From positions 1-39,500 of the IMG/VR virus record IMGVR_UViG_3300032257_000044: a DNA stretch of 39,500 bases; one strand, written 5' to 3'. How positions within the stretch are numbered: the stretch's first letter is position 1; the number at the start of each line of letters is the position of its first letter. A program made the position numbers and the translations under genes. Under the pieces are notes generated by a model. It made no database searches. It had not been told where the DNA came from and worked only from the letters and a program-made list of their open reading frames with translations. Source of the stretch: a virus. Positions 33,935-39,500 of the stretch are shown in pieces.

Positions 33935-34110
33935 TGAGCGACTTTACATGTCCATCTTGTGACAAAGAGTATTCAATATCAGATTTAGAACTATATGAAG
34001 TCTATGAAGAAGATGGAAAAGAAACAGAATTTGACTGTGTTTGCGGTGAAGAGTTAATTATAACTTCAACTGTAGATTCATGGTCTTTTGATGTTGAAGT
34101 AAACGAATAG
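33934..34110 (+). CDS. 58-aa zinc-ribbon-type acidic protein
   Basis: My translation, MSDFTCPSCDKEY...FDCVCGEEL... The ATG overlaps the previous stop (GTGATG). Confidence 0.4.
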   Translation: MSDFTCPSCDKEYSISDLELYEVYEEDGKETEFDCVCGEELIITSTVDSWSFDVEVNE

Positions 34111-34127
34111 CAGGCTAAGAGGTAGAT

Positions 34128-34313
34128 ATGAAAATACTATTACTATCAATATTACTTGTAGGCTGTGTCGAAGTACCTAATGAGGTAAAAGTGCAGCATA
34201 CAACATCACTAGACCAGTGTGCAGATCACGGCGGTAGATACTCGATTGATGTGCTAAAGAATCAGCTTATCTGCAATGATGGCGCTGAGTTTAGTTTGTT
34301 TAAGGGTGAATGA
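34128..34313 (+). CDS. Small secreted lipoprotein (61 aa)
   Basis: MKILLLSILLVGC is a canonical signal peptide plus L-V-G-C lipobox. The mature part is about 48 aa with 2 more Cys. Confidence 0.6.
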   Translation: MKILLLSILLVGCVEVPNEVKVQHTTSLDQCADHGGRYSIDVLKNQLICNDGAEFSLFKGE

Positions 34314-34462
34314 TGCACACAATAGAGCCTAGAAAGCTAGGCAGAAAGCTCAAATACTGCATTATTAGGAGTGATGGCTCTCTATGTGATTTCTTTGATA
34401 GAGAAGTTGATGCAATAGCCAGGTTAGACTTTTTAAAACTTATGGGGTGGGCGGGAAAATGA
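34313..34462 (+). CDS. 49-aa hypothetical protein
   Basis: My translation, MHTIEPRKLGRKLKYCIIRSDGSLCDFFDREVDAIARLDFLKLMGWAGK. ATGA overlaps at both ends. Confidence 0.35.
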   Translation: MHTIEPRKLGRKLKYCIIRSDGSLCDFFDREVDAIARLDFLKLMGWAGK

Positions 34463-34701
34463 GCAAATCTAAGCGACATATGAGCAGAGTAGCGGAGTTA
34501 GGCTGTTTAATCTGTGAAAGTCCGGCACAAGTCCACCATATACGCACAGAGCGTATTAAAAACGACTTTCTCACCATCCCGTTATGTAGAGAGCATCATC
34601 TAGGTGACTTCTCTATCCATATGAGCAAAGAGCAATTTACTAATATATATGGTAGTGAATTAGATTTACTTGCACAAACATTAGAGTTATTGGAGAAATA
34701 A
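34459..34701 (+). CDS. Ref-like / DUF968-type HNH nuclease (recombination-enhancement-type)
   Basis: LGCLICESPAQVHHIR...(n)...IPLCREHHLG..SIH matches the Cys/His pattern of the P1 Ref / DUF968 family as I recall it. I prefer ATG 34459 to the track's GTG 34447. Confidence 0.5.
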   Translation: MSKSKRHMSRVAELGCLICESPAQVHHIRTERIKNDFLTIPLCREHHLGDFSIHMSKEQFTNIYGSELDLLAQTLELLEK

Positions 34702-35159
34702 TGAATAAAATCGGCATAGACCCTGGCTTAACTGGCGCTATTGCATGGCTTGATAGTAATAATAAATTCATTGATGTATGGGATATGCCTACTATGTCAA
34801 GAGGTAAAAAAGGTAATCAAGTTAATTCAGTAGAATTGGGTGAGATAATTAGAGAAATTACCCGTGAAGAACCCTGCATAGCCTATGTTGAGCAAGTTCA
34901 CGCAATGCCAGGTCAAGGCGTAGTTTCAATGTTTAATTTTGGTGAGTCATTCGGGGTAATAAAAGGCGTTTTAGGCTCGTTAATGATACCCGTGGAGTTC
35001 GTTACGCCGGTACAATGGAAAACTAGGGCCGCCCTAAAGGGTAAGGATAAAGATGCAGCTAGAACGAAGGCTATCAACATGTATCCTAATGCTAGTTTAA
35101 GCAGAAAGAAGGATATAGGCAGGGCTGATGCTTTAATGATAGCGAGATATGGGGAATAA
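34701..35159 (+). CDS. RuvC-like Holliday junction resolvase
   Basis: The N-terminus KIGIDPGLTGAIAWLD (catalytic Asp), an internal YVEQV (Glu) and a C-terminal GRADALMIARYG give the typical phage RuvC-fold layout. Confidence 0.7.
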   Translation: MNKIGIDPGLTGAIAWLDSNNKFIDVWDMPTMSRGKKGNQVNSVELGEIIREITREEPCIAYVEQVHAMPGQGVVSMFNFGESFGVIKGVLGSLMIPVEFVTPVQWKTRAALKGKDKDAARTKAINMYPNASLSRKKDIGRADALMIARYGE

Positions 35160-35160
35160 C

Positions 35161-35358
35161 ATGAAAATATGTGATAACTGCGGTCATAGAAACTTTAAGC
35201 TAATAGAGAATGATAAGAAAAAACCCGTATGCTCGGAATGTGGCGAGTTATTGCCAAAAGGCGGGGCTATTAAAGAGCATGGTCATGGGTTAGGCAATCA
35301 AGGCTCAGGTGATGGGTGTTATTCGATGGGCAAAATAAAAGACTCTGACTATCAATAA
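35161..35358 (+). CDS. Zinc-ribbon-type small protein (65 aa)
   Basis: MKICDNCGH...CSECGE. The track start 35149 lies inside the ruvC-like gene. ATG 35161 has GGGGA upstream. Confidence 0.5.
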   Translation: MKICDNCGHRNFKLIENDKKKPVCSECGELLPKGGAIKEHGHGLGNQGSGDGCYSMGKIKDSDYQ

Positions 35359-35420
35359 AACTAATACCCAATAGAATCTTTTGATTAGACGCATAAAATA
35401 AATTAAGGCTTAATAGACAC

Positions 35421-35567
35421 ATGATAACAATTACACGACAAGACTTAGAGGATGCTTTTAGATCGTTTATTAGAACGGCCCTAGATAGCATTAGTGGTGA
35501 AGAGAGGCAGGCTTGTTTGCAGTTCTTCATAGATATTTTAGTTGATGAGCAGGAGAAATCAGAGTGA
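35421..35567 (+). CDS. 48-aa hypothetical protein
   Basis: My translation, MITITRQDLEDAFRSFIRTALDSISGEERQACLQFFIDILVDEQEKSE. Its stop overlaps the next GTG start. Confidence 0.35.
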   Translation: MITITRQDLEDAFRSFIRTALDSISGEERQACLQFFIDILVDEQEKSE

Positions 35568-35836
35568 GCGATATAGCTAATATAATGAAATTAGACGTTG
35601 TTAATTTAAAGGAAAGACAGAAGCTGACCCTCAAAAAACATTGTTTAAAAGTTTTAAAGCTCGTTTCTAATTGCATAGAAAATGACAGATTTGATGAATT
35701 AGAGTCTATGTTGTTCTCTAGCCCTGCTGGTGATGGGTATGGATGCGACAATATGTGCATCCAATTTGGATGGGATGATTTAGATTATGATATATCCGAA
35801 ATAGTCGATAAATTAAAGGAGCTTCAGAGTGATTAA
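35564..35836 (+). CDS. Hypothetical protein (90 aa, GTG start)
   Basis: Track ORF. Preferred over the antisense ORFs 35270..35530 and 35527..35760 because of coupling with its plus-strand neighbours. Confidence 0.5.
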   Translation: MSDIANIMKLDVVNLKERQKLTLKKHCLKVLKLVSNCIENDRFDELESMLFSSPAGDGYGCDNMCIQFGWDDLDYDISEIVDKLKELQSD

Positions 35837-36002
35837 TGATAATGGCGATATTCATCCTGATATGCAGGAGAACATTGAGAATCAATCCATGCAAGAGCAG
35901 TTAGAGCATGACCCTGATTATATAGCATGGGCCAAAACTCAGGAAATGACTGAAGCTGAGAGAGATCAAATGGCTAAAGATTTAGAAGGTGAGGTATTTT
36001 AG
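35829..36002 (+). CDS. 57-aa acidic hypothetical protein (GTG start)
   Basis: My translation, (V)INDNGDIHPDMQENIENQSMQEQLEHDPDYIAWAKTQEMTEAERDQMAKDLEGEVF. AGGAG lies 7 nt upstream. GTGA overlap with the previous stop. Confidence 0.45.
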   Translation: MINDNGDIHPDMQENIENQSMQEQLEHDPDYIAWAKTQEMTEAERDQMAKDLEGEVF

Positions 36003-36240
36003 ACCAAGGTAAGGGAGTCATAGCCCCATCCACCTAAAACCATGTTTTCCCGTGTGTGTGGTCTAAGTAACGGGATTGAGAATTATGGGAAGAAGCAGGG
36101 CCGTTAGCGCGCTCCGTGACGGCGGAAAAGTTAGCCAAGATATAGTACGCCTTGATGCTCTCTGTGGATTCCCACCCTTTTTACCAGCACTATCCAGGCT
36201 ACCCATTGCCGCAGAGCTGGTACTTTTATTGGAGATATAG
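36003..36240 (+). other. GC-richer 238-nt island: a structured leader/ncRNA candidate, or an atypical 51-aa ORF (36085-36240)
   Basis: Visibly more G+C than its neighbours. Hairpins: CCCGT...ACGGG, GCCGT...ACGGC and TACCAGC..(27 nt)..GCTGGTA. The ORF MGRSRAVSALRDGGKVSQDIVRLDALCGFPPFLPALSRLPIAAELVLLLEI ends exactly at the Rad52-like ATG but has a weak RBS and atypical codons. Confidence 0.3.
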
Positions 36241-36915
36241 ATGGATATTAAAGAGCTAGAAAAGCCCCTTAACAGGGATAACGTTAAAGAAAGAGCTAAT
36301 GGGAGATTTAACCTTTCATATATAGAGGGCTGGTTTGCTATATCAGAGGCTAATCGTATATTCGGGTTTGATAGCTGGTATAGAGAAACCGTTTATTGTA
36401 AAGAAGTTTGTCGCTATGAGTACATAGGCAAAAACAAAACACCTATGTGGAAAGTAGGCTATGAGGCGTGTGTAAAAGTCACTGTTCATCAGAATAATGA
36501 AAGCGTTACAGAAGTTGTTATTCGTGAGGGCACAGGGCATGGCTCTGGTAATGCGCGTGATTTATTTGACTGTATTGAAGGCGCAGCAAAAGAAGCTGAA
36601 ACCGATGCTATGAAACGAGCATTAATGACGTTTGGCAATGCGTTTGGGCTGGCTTTATATGATAAAACACAGGCTAATGTGGCAAGCCAGCAGCAACTAG
36701 CTGTTATGGCCGCAATTGACGCACATCAATCCACAATAACAGCCATAAAGGATGGCATAGCAACAAACGATTTTAAAATAGCGTCAGAGGCTTGGAAAGA
36801 GCTTAATGATGATGAGAAAAAGAGTATATGGGTTGCTCCATCTAATGGCGGGGCATTTACAACAGAGGAAAGAAAGATTATGCAATCAACAGAGTTTAGA
36901 GAGGCAGGGCTATGA
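36241..36915 (+). CDS. Rad52-family single-strand annealing protein (Sak-like)
   Basis: [25 protein letters not shown]...GTGHG...[28 protein letters not shown] is the Rad52/22 N-terminal domain pattern. Directly followed by ssb. Confidence 0.6.
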   Translation: MDIKELEKPLNRDNVKERANGRFNLSYIEGWFAISEANRIFGFDSWYRETVYCKEVCRYEYIGKNKTPMWKVGYEACVKVTVHQNNESVTEVVIREGTGHGSGNARDLFDCIEGAAKEAETDAMKRALMTFGNAFGLALYDKTQANVASQQQLAVMAAIDAHQSTITAIKDGIATNDFKIASEAWKELNDDEKKSIWVAPSNGGAFTTEERKIMQSTEFREAGL

Positions 36916-37349
36916 GTAGAGGAATAAATAAAGTAATTTTAGTAGGAACATGCGGTAAAGACCCTGAAACACGGTACATGCCAAGCGGTAAAGCTGTTAC
37001 AAATATGAGTATTGCTACCAGCGAAACATGGAAAGATAAGAAAACAGGTGAAAAGCAGGAGTCTACAGAATGGCATAACCTGACTTTCTTCGATCGACTT
37101 GGTGAAATAGCTGGTGAGTATTTAAAGAAAGGCTCTCAAATCTATGTTGAAGGTAAGCTAAAGACTGAGAAATGGCAGGATAAGTCCGGCAATGATCGTT
37201 ATACAACTAAGATAATCTGTAATGAAATGCAGATGTTGGGTAGTAAGCAAGATAACTCTGAAGGTTCTGCACCACCACAGCAGGCAGATAGTGCGCCTCA
37301 ACAGCGTGTAGATGATGGGTTTGAGCCAGACCTTGAGGTGCCTTTTTGA
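36912..37349 (+). CDS. ssb: Single-stranded DNA-binding protein
   Basis: [49 protein letters not shown] is an OB-fold SSB signature. It has a Gln/Pro-rich linker and an acidic C-terminal tip, EPDLEVPF. Confidence 0.85.
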   Translation: MSRGINKVILVGTCGKDPETRYMPSGKAVTNMSIATSETWKDKKTGEKQESTEWHNLTFFDRLGEIAGEYLKKGSQIYVEGKLKTEKWQDKSGNDRYTTKIICNEMQMLGSKQDNSEGSAPPQQADSAPQQRVDDGFEPDLEVPF

Positions 37350-37370
37350 TATAGATCAATAAAGAATAAT

Positions 37371-37434
37371 GACGGTTCCTAGGTGGTGTGCGCAGATCAA
37401 AAGAAACTGGTTCGATTCCAGTTAGCCGTCCCCA
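37371..37434 (+). ncRNA. tRNA-like acceptor/T-arm minihelix with encoded CCA (not a complete tRNA)
   Basis: GACGGTT (37371-77) pairs with AGCCGTC (37424-30). AACTGG/CCAGTT encloses the canonical T-loop TTCGATT (37411-17). C then CCA follows (37431-34). The 27 nt in between form no D or anticodon arm. Confidence 0.45.
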
Positions 37435-37470
37435 TATATACCCTGCTTTTCACTTAACTAGCACTTGGGT

Positions 37471-37490
37471 TTTGAGTGGGGTATTTTAAA
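37471..37490 (+). promoter_or_regulatory. Intergenic motif copy h (TTTGAGTgGGGTATTTTAAA)
   Basis: 13 nt upstream of ATG 37504. More degenerate than the other copies. Confidence 0.3.
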
Positions 37491-37503
37491 TTAGGAGAAG
37501 AAG

Positions 37504-37758
37504 ATGATAGCAAAGATAATTAATACTGTTTTCTACACTGTTTGCATACTGCTAATTATAGGCTTGTTTGTGGTCTTTGGGAGTAAGACAGCTAAAGCGT
37601 GTGATTATAAAGGTAATAAAGCTGAGATCAGGAAAGCTATAGACGCTCAGGCTGAAAAGAAATTCAGAGAATCAATGGATGCTGAGTGTAAAGCAATGGT
37701 TCCTAAAATATGGCGTAAATGCTCAACATGGAAGGAGATAGAAGATGCAAAAGAGTAA
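37504..37758 (+). CDS. Membrane-anchored / secreted small protein (84 aa)
   Basis: Track ORF. N-terminal hydrophobic segment FYTVCILLIIGLFVVFG, with AGGAGAAGAAG upstream. Confidence 0.55.
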   Translation: MIAKIINTVFYTVCILLIIGLFVVFGSKTAKACDYKGNKAEIRKAIDAQAEKKFRESMDAECKAMVPKIWRKCSTWKEIEDAKE

Positions 37759-37900
37759 AAAATGCAAGCATGGAATGATGCCCTGGGAGTGCTATTATTG
37801 CGAACAGTCTAAAATAGATAAACCACGCATAGGATTAATAATCGCATTTGGCCTTTGCATTGTCTTTTGGGTATATGTTATTCGTTGGTTATGCTCTTAG
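37745..37900 (+). CDS. 51-aa C-terminally membrane-anchored Cys-rich micro-protein
   Basis: My translation, MQKSKKCKHGMMPWECYYCEQSKIDKPRIGLIIAFGLCIVFWVYVIRWLCS. It overlaps the previous gene by 14 nt. Its stop TAG (37898-900) abuts the stop of the convergent minus-strand gene. Confidence 0.35.
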   Translation: MQKSKKCKHGMMPWECYYCEQSKIDKPRIGLIIAFGLCIVFWVYVIRWLCS

Positions 37901-38311
37901 TTAATCATCAAAATCAGGGTCATAATCAGTTGATGATACGATTTTAGCTCTTTTTGTTCGCTCTGTTTCTGATTTATTTTTGTTTTGATGCCTTGATGCG
38001 CCCCATGCTGGAAAAGCAGCTGCTAATCCACCAGAAAGGGCGCTCATGTCGCCATTAACAGCTAATTCAGCCTGAGCCATATCAACACCCATGTACGACA
38101 GGTAAAACGCGCCTACTGGCCTTAGAATAGGTAATATCAAGTCTCTAAAGGCAAATAGAACCTTAACAAATCCATCAACAAATCCCTCTGTTTTGGTGGT
38201 TAGCAATTGTATTTGCATTTCATGCTTAAGTTTAACTGCCAGGTCGCCATCATCAACTAATTGGTCAATGATATTAAACGCTGATTCTGCTGCTTTTTCG
38301 TAAGGAGCCAT
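37901..38311 (-). CDS. Last gene of the late block; possible holin ('holin of 3TMs, GTA type'-like N-terminal pattern)
   Basis: 136 aa. AFNIIDQLVDDGDLAVKLKHEMQ followed by hydrophobic segments (FVKVLFAFRDLILPILRPVGAFYLSYMGV, LSGGLAAAFPAWGA) and a charged tail recalls the GTA_holin_3TM family. From memory, unverified. Confidence 0.3.
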   Translation of the reverse strand: MAPYEKAAESAFNIIDQLVDDGDLAVKLKHEMQIQLLTTKTEGFVDGFVKVLFAFRDLILPILRPVGAFYLSYMGVDMAQAELAVNGDMSALSGGLAAAFPAWGASRHQNKNKSETERTKRAKIVSSTDYDPDFDD

Positions 38312-38313
38312 AA

Positions 38314-38562
38314 TTATTTACTCTTAGTCTTAACGACTTCTGATAGTTCATCCTTATTTATGTACCAAAAAGGTTTGGTTCCATCAGGATATTGCATTAA
38401 TCCGAAGTCAGCCGGTCTGGTGGATAGGTGGGCTATTACTCGATACATATTAAGCATATTAGAATCATCCCACTCTTTTGATCGTCTAGCACGTAGAAAC
38501 ATAATAAGAGGGAATATTAATAGCCCAATGATAACGCCTGATATTAATTCAATCATTTCCAA
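38314..38562 (-). CDS. Small N-terminally anchored membrane protein (82 aa)
   Basis: Track ORF. TM segment LISGVIIGLLIFPLIMFL followed by RARRSKE. Confidence 0.55.
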   Translation of the reverse strand: MEMIELISGVIIGLLIFPLIMFLRARRSKEWDDSNMLNMYRVIAHLSTRPADFGLMQYPDGTKPFWYINKDELSEVVKTKSK

Positions 38563-38902
38563 ACCCCATTCCGCAATGATTATAATCCCACGGACTAATC
38601 ATGTATTTGCACATAAACAAAGCCAGCTTAAAACGCCATTCATATTCTTCATATAGGCCAGATCGTAGTATATGTTTAAGCCTTGCCGTTAGTGTTTTTC
38701 GCTCATTATCTGCTAATTCCCAAAAGATTATAGAGCTAACTGTATAGTTATGAGGCACATCAATAAAAACAACAAATACAAATACCGCTACTTTCTGAAA
38801 TATATTCAGATCATCTCTTGATGAAGCATCATCAACAATTTTAGTTACGGCAATGAAACTAAGCCAGAGAATTAATGTTGATATGATTATGAAATAAATC
38901 AT
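38549..38902 (-). CDS. Multi-pass membrane protein (117 aa)
   Basis: Track ORF. Hydrophobic segments IYFIIISTLILWLSFIAV and VAVFVFVVFI. Confidence 0.55.
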   Translation of the reverse strand: MIYFIIISTLILWLSFIAVTKIVDDASSRDDLNIFQKVAVFVFVVFIDVPHNYTVSSIIFWELADNERKTLTARLKHILRSGLYEEYEWRFKLALFMCKYMISPWDYNHCGMGFGND

Positions 38903-38914
38903 TCTATTTTCCTC

Positions 38915-39178
38915 TTAATTAGTGTGATGTTTTTCTACATGATCTGTGATTCGATTATGGGCGAAATCAATTTTTTTCTTTGCATCTATCTGGGCATTAT
39001 TAAGGGCTAAAATTTGGCTATTCAATTTCTCGTTGCAGGTTTCAATTTTGATCTCTATTTTCCTAATAATCATGGTCATAAGATAATATGATAGTGTGCC
39101 AAGTGCCGCGAATAGAGCGCCAGTAACGCTAATCGCCACTGTTACCAGTAGATCGTGATTTATCAACACCGTGTCCAC
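38915..39178 (-). CDS. Single-TM protein with a C-terminal coiled coil (87 aa; i-spanin- or holin-like topology)
   Basis: Track ORF. TM segment LLVTVAISVTGALFAALGTLSYYLMTMII, then helical KIEIKIETCNEKLNSQILALNNAQIDAKKK. Confidence 0.5.
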   Translation of the reverse strand: MDTVLINHDLLVTVAISVTGALFAALGTLSYYLMTMIIRKIEIKIETCNEKLNSQILALNNAQIDAKKKIDFAHNRITDHVEKHHTN

Positions 39179-39180
39179 TT

Positions 39181-39500
39181 CTACGCTCCTTTATGACGAG
39201 CAATAAAATAATGACTCCACATGCTATTAAAGTAATTCCTATAAGCATCAACGCTACCTACAAATCCTATTGTTAATTGTAAGATAGCAAGGATAAGCAT
39301 TATACCGCTAAAATAAGTGGCCTCTATATCGTATAATGATAATACCATGCTAATGGCTAGATTGATCATGATTACAACAGACAGAATAGCTAAAGCGAAG
39401 CCTCTGAGATAGATGTAAGCCATTGTAAATCCTGATTGTATGGCCATTTGAAACATATAGAAGGGGGCCATTTGCCTGTAAGTCTCGAAGATAATACCTG
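39181..39500 (-). CDS. 3' part of the 153-aa multi-pass membrane protein that starts at window position 269 (junction-spanning gene)
   Basis: The reading frame stays open from 39500 down to the stop at 39181. The track's 96-aa version (start 39471) is an internal Met of the longer ORF seen at 1-269. Confidence 0.6.
   Translation of the reverse strand, partial: GIIFETYRQMAPFYMFQMAIQSGFTMAYIYLRGFALAILSVVIMINLAISMVLSLYDIEATYFSGIMLILAILQLTIGFVGSVDAYRNYFNSMWSHYFIARHKGA
39374..39500. repeat. End-overlap copy B, identical to 1-127
   Basis: Direct comparison with bases 1-127. Confidence 0.95.

Noticed and set aside
36164-36186. A second tRNA 3'-end-like string (GTGGATTCCCAC-CCTTTTT-A-CCA)
   Set aside because: The 'T loop' is only 3-4 nt, no complementary 5' acceptor strand lies upstream at tRNA distance, and the CCA is part of the TACCAGC...GCTGGTA hairpin.
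31722-36540. Minus-strand ORFs in the plus-strand block (31722-31910, 32478-32753, 33225-33434, 35270-35530, 35527-35760, 36343-36540)
   Set aside because: They are antisense to tightly coupled plus-strand genes, including the Rad52-like gene. They have hydrophobic or low-complexity translations and no RBS.
37385-37410. A dif/Xer-type recombination site (GTGCGCA resembles the XerC arm of dif)
   Set aside because: Only about 8 of 11 positions of one arm match, and there is no matching XerD arm or 6-bp central region in register.
37371-37434. A complete, functional tRNA gene
   Set aside because: The element is only 64 nt including CCA. No 5-bp stem/7-nt loop anticodon arm or D arm can be drawn in the 27-nt internal segment. 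It is kept as a tRNA-like element instead.
38360-38656. Plus-strand 98-aa ORF in the membrane-protein cassette
   Set aside because: It is antisense to two coupled minus-strand membrane-protein genes and has no RBS.
1-39500. A CRISPR array, a diversity-generating retroelement, a retron or prophage integration features
   Set aside because: I noticed no regularly spaced direct repeats, no reverse-transcriptase-like ORF and no template/variable repeat pair near the fibre genes. There is no integrase or excisionase and no flanking bacterial genes.

Overview
The window is a complete tailed dsDNA phage genome, not a bacterial chromosome segment. Bases 1-127 are identical to 39374-39500, so the unique length is 39,373 bp, and one ORF reads across that junction.

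Gene layout:
- Late block, minus strand, 21018 down to 336. It has a podovirus-like order: small and large terminase, portal, scaffold, major capsid, a free-standing HNH, a decoration-like protein, adaptor- and nozzle-like proteins, three large internal-virion-like proteins and five fibre/spike genes.
- The late block continues over the junction into a lysis/membrane cassette: 336-767, then 269->1 joined to 39373->37901.
- Short plus-strand early block, 21816-23556, with an orphan C5-methyltransferase-like gene and small acidic proteins.
- Minus-strand block, 28919 down to 23589: PAPS-reductase-like, HNH-AP2 homing endonuclease, YopX, wHTH.
- Plus-strand block, 29015-37900, of about 35 mostly tiny genes. 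It ends in a recombination module: Ref-like HNH, RuvC-like resolvase, Rad52-like SSAP, SSB.

I recognise no DNA polymerase, primase/helicase, RNA polymerase, integrase, CI-type repressor, reverse transcriptase, complete tRNA or CRISPR array.

Signals the ORFs do not explain:
- A polar intergenic motif, TT(A/T)AT-GGGTATAA, in 8 copies. All have GGG on the + strand, including 3 copies inside the minus-strand block.
- A 27-bp direct repeat bracketing the PAPS-reductase-like gene.
- An 0.8-kb divergent control region with a C-rich (G-quadruplex-capable) tract flanked by two copies of a palindromic operator-like site.
- Two non-coding islands (21150-21345, 36003-36240) that look more GC-rich than their surroundings.
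- A tRNA-like acceptor/T-arm minihelix with encoded CCA after ssb.
- A 0.9-kb gene-poor stretch, 29336-30229.

All functional calls come from motif or pattern recognition by eye and from gene order. None is verified by a search.
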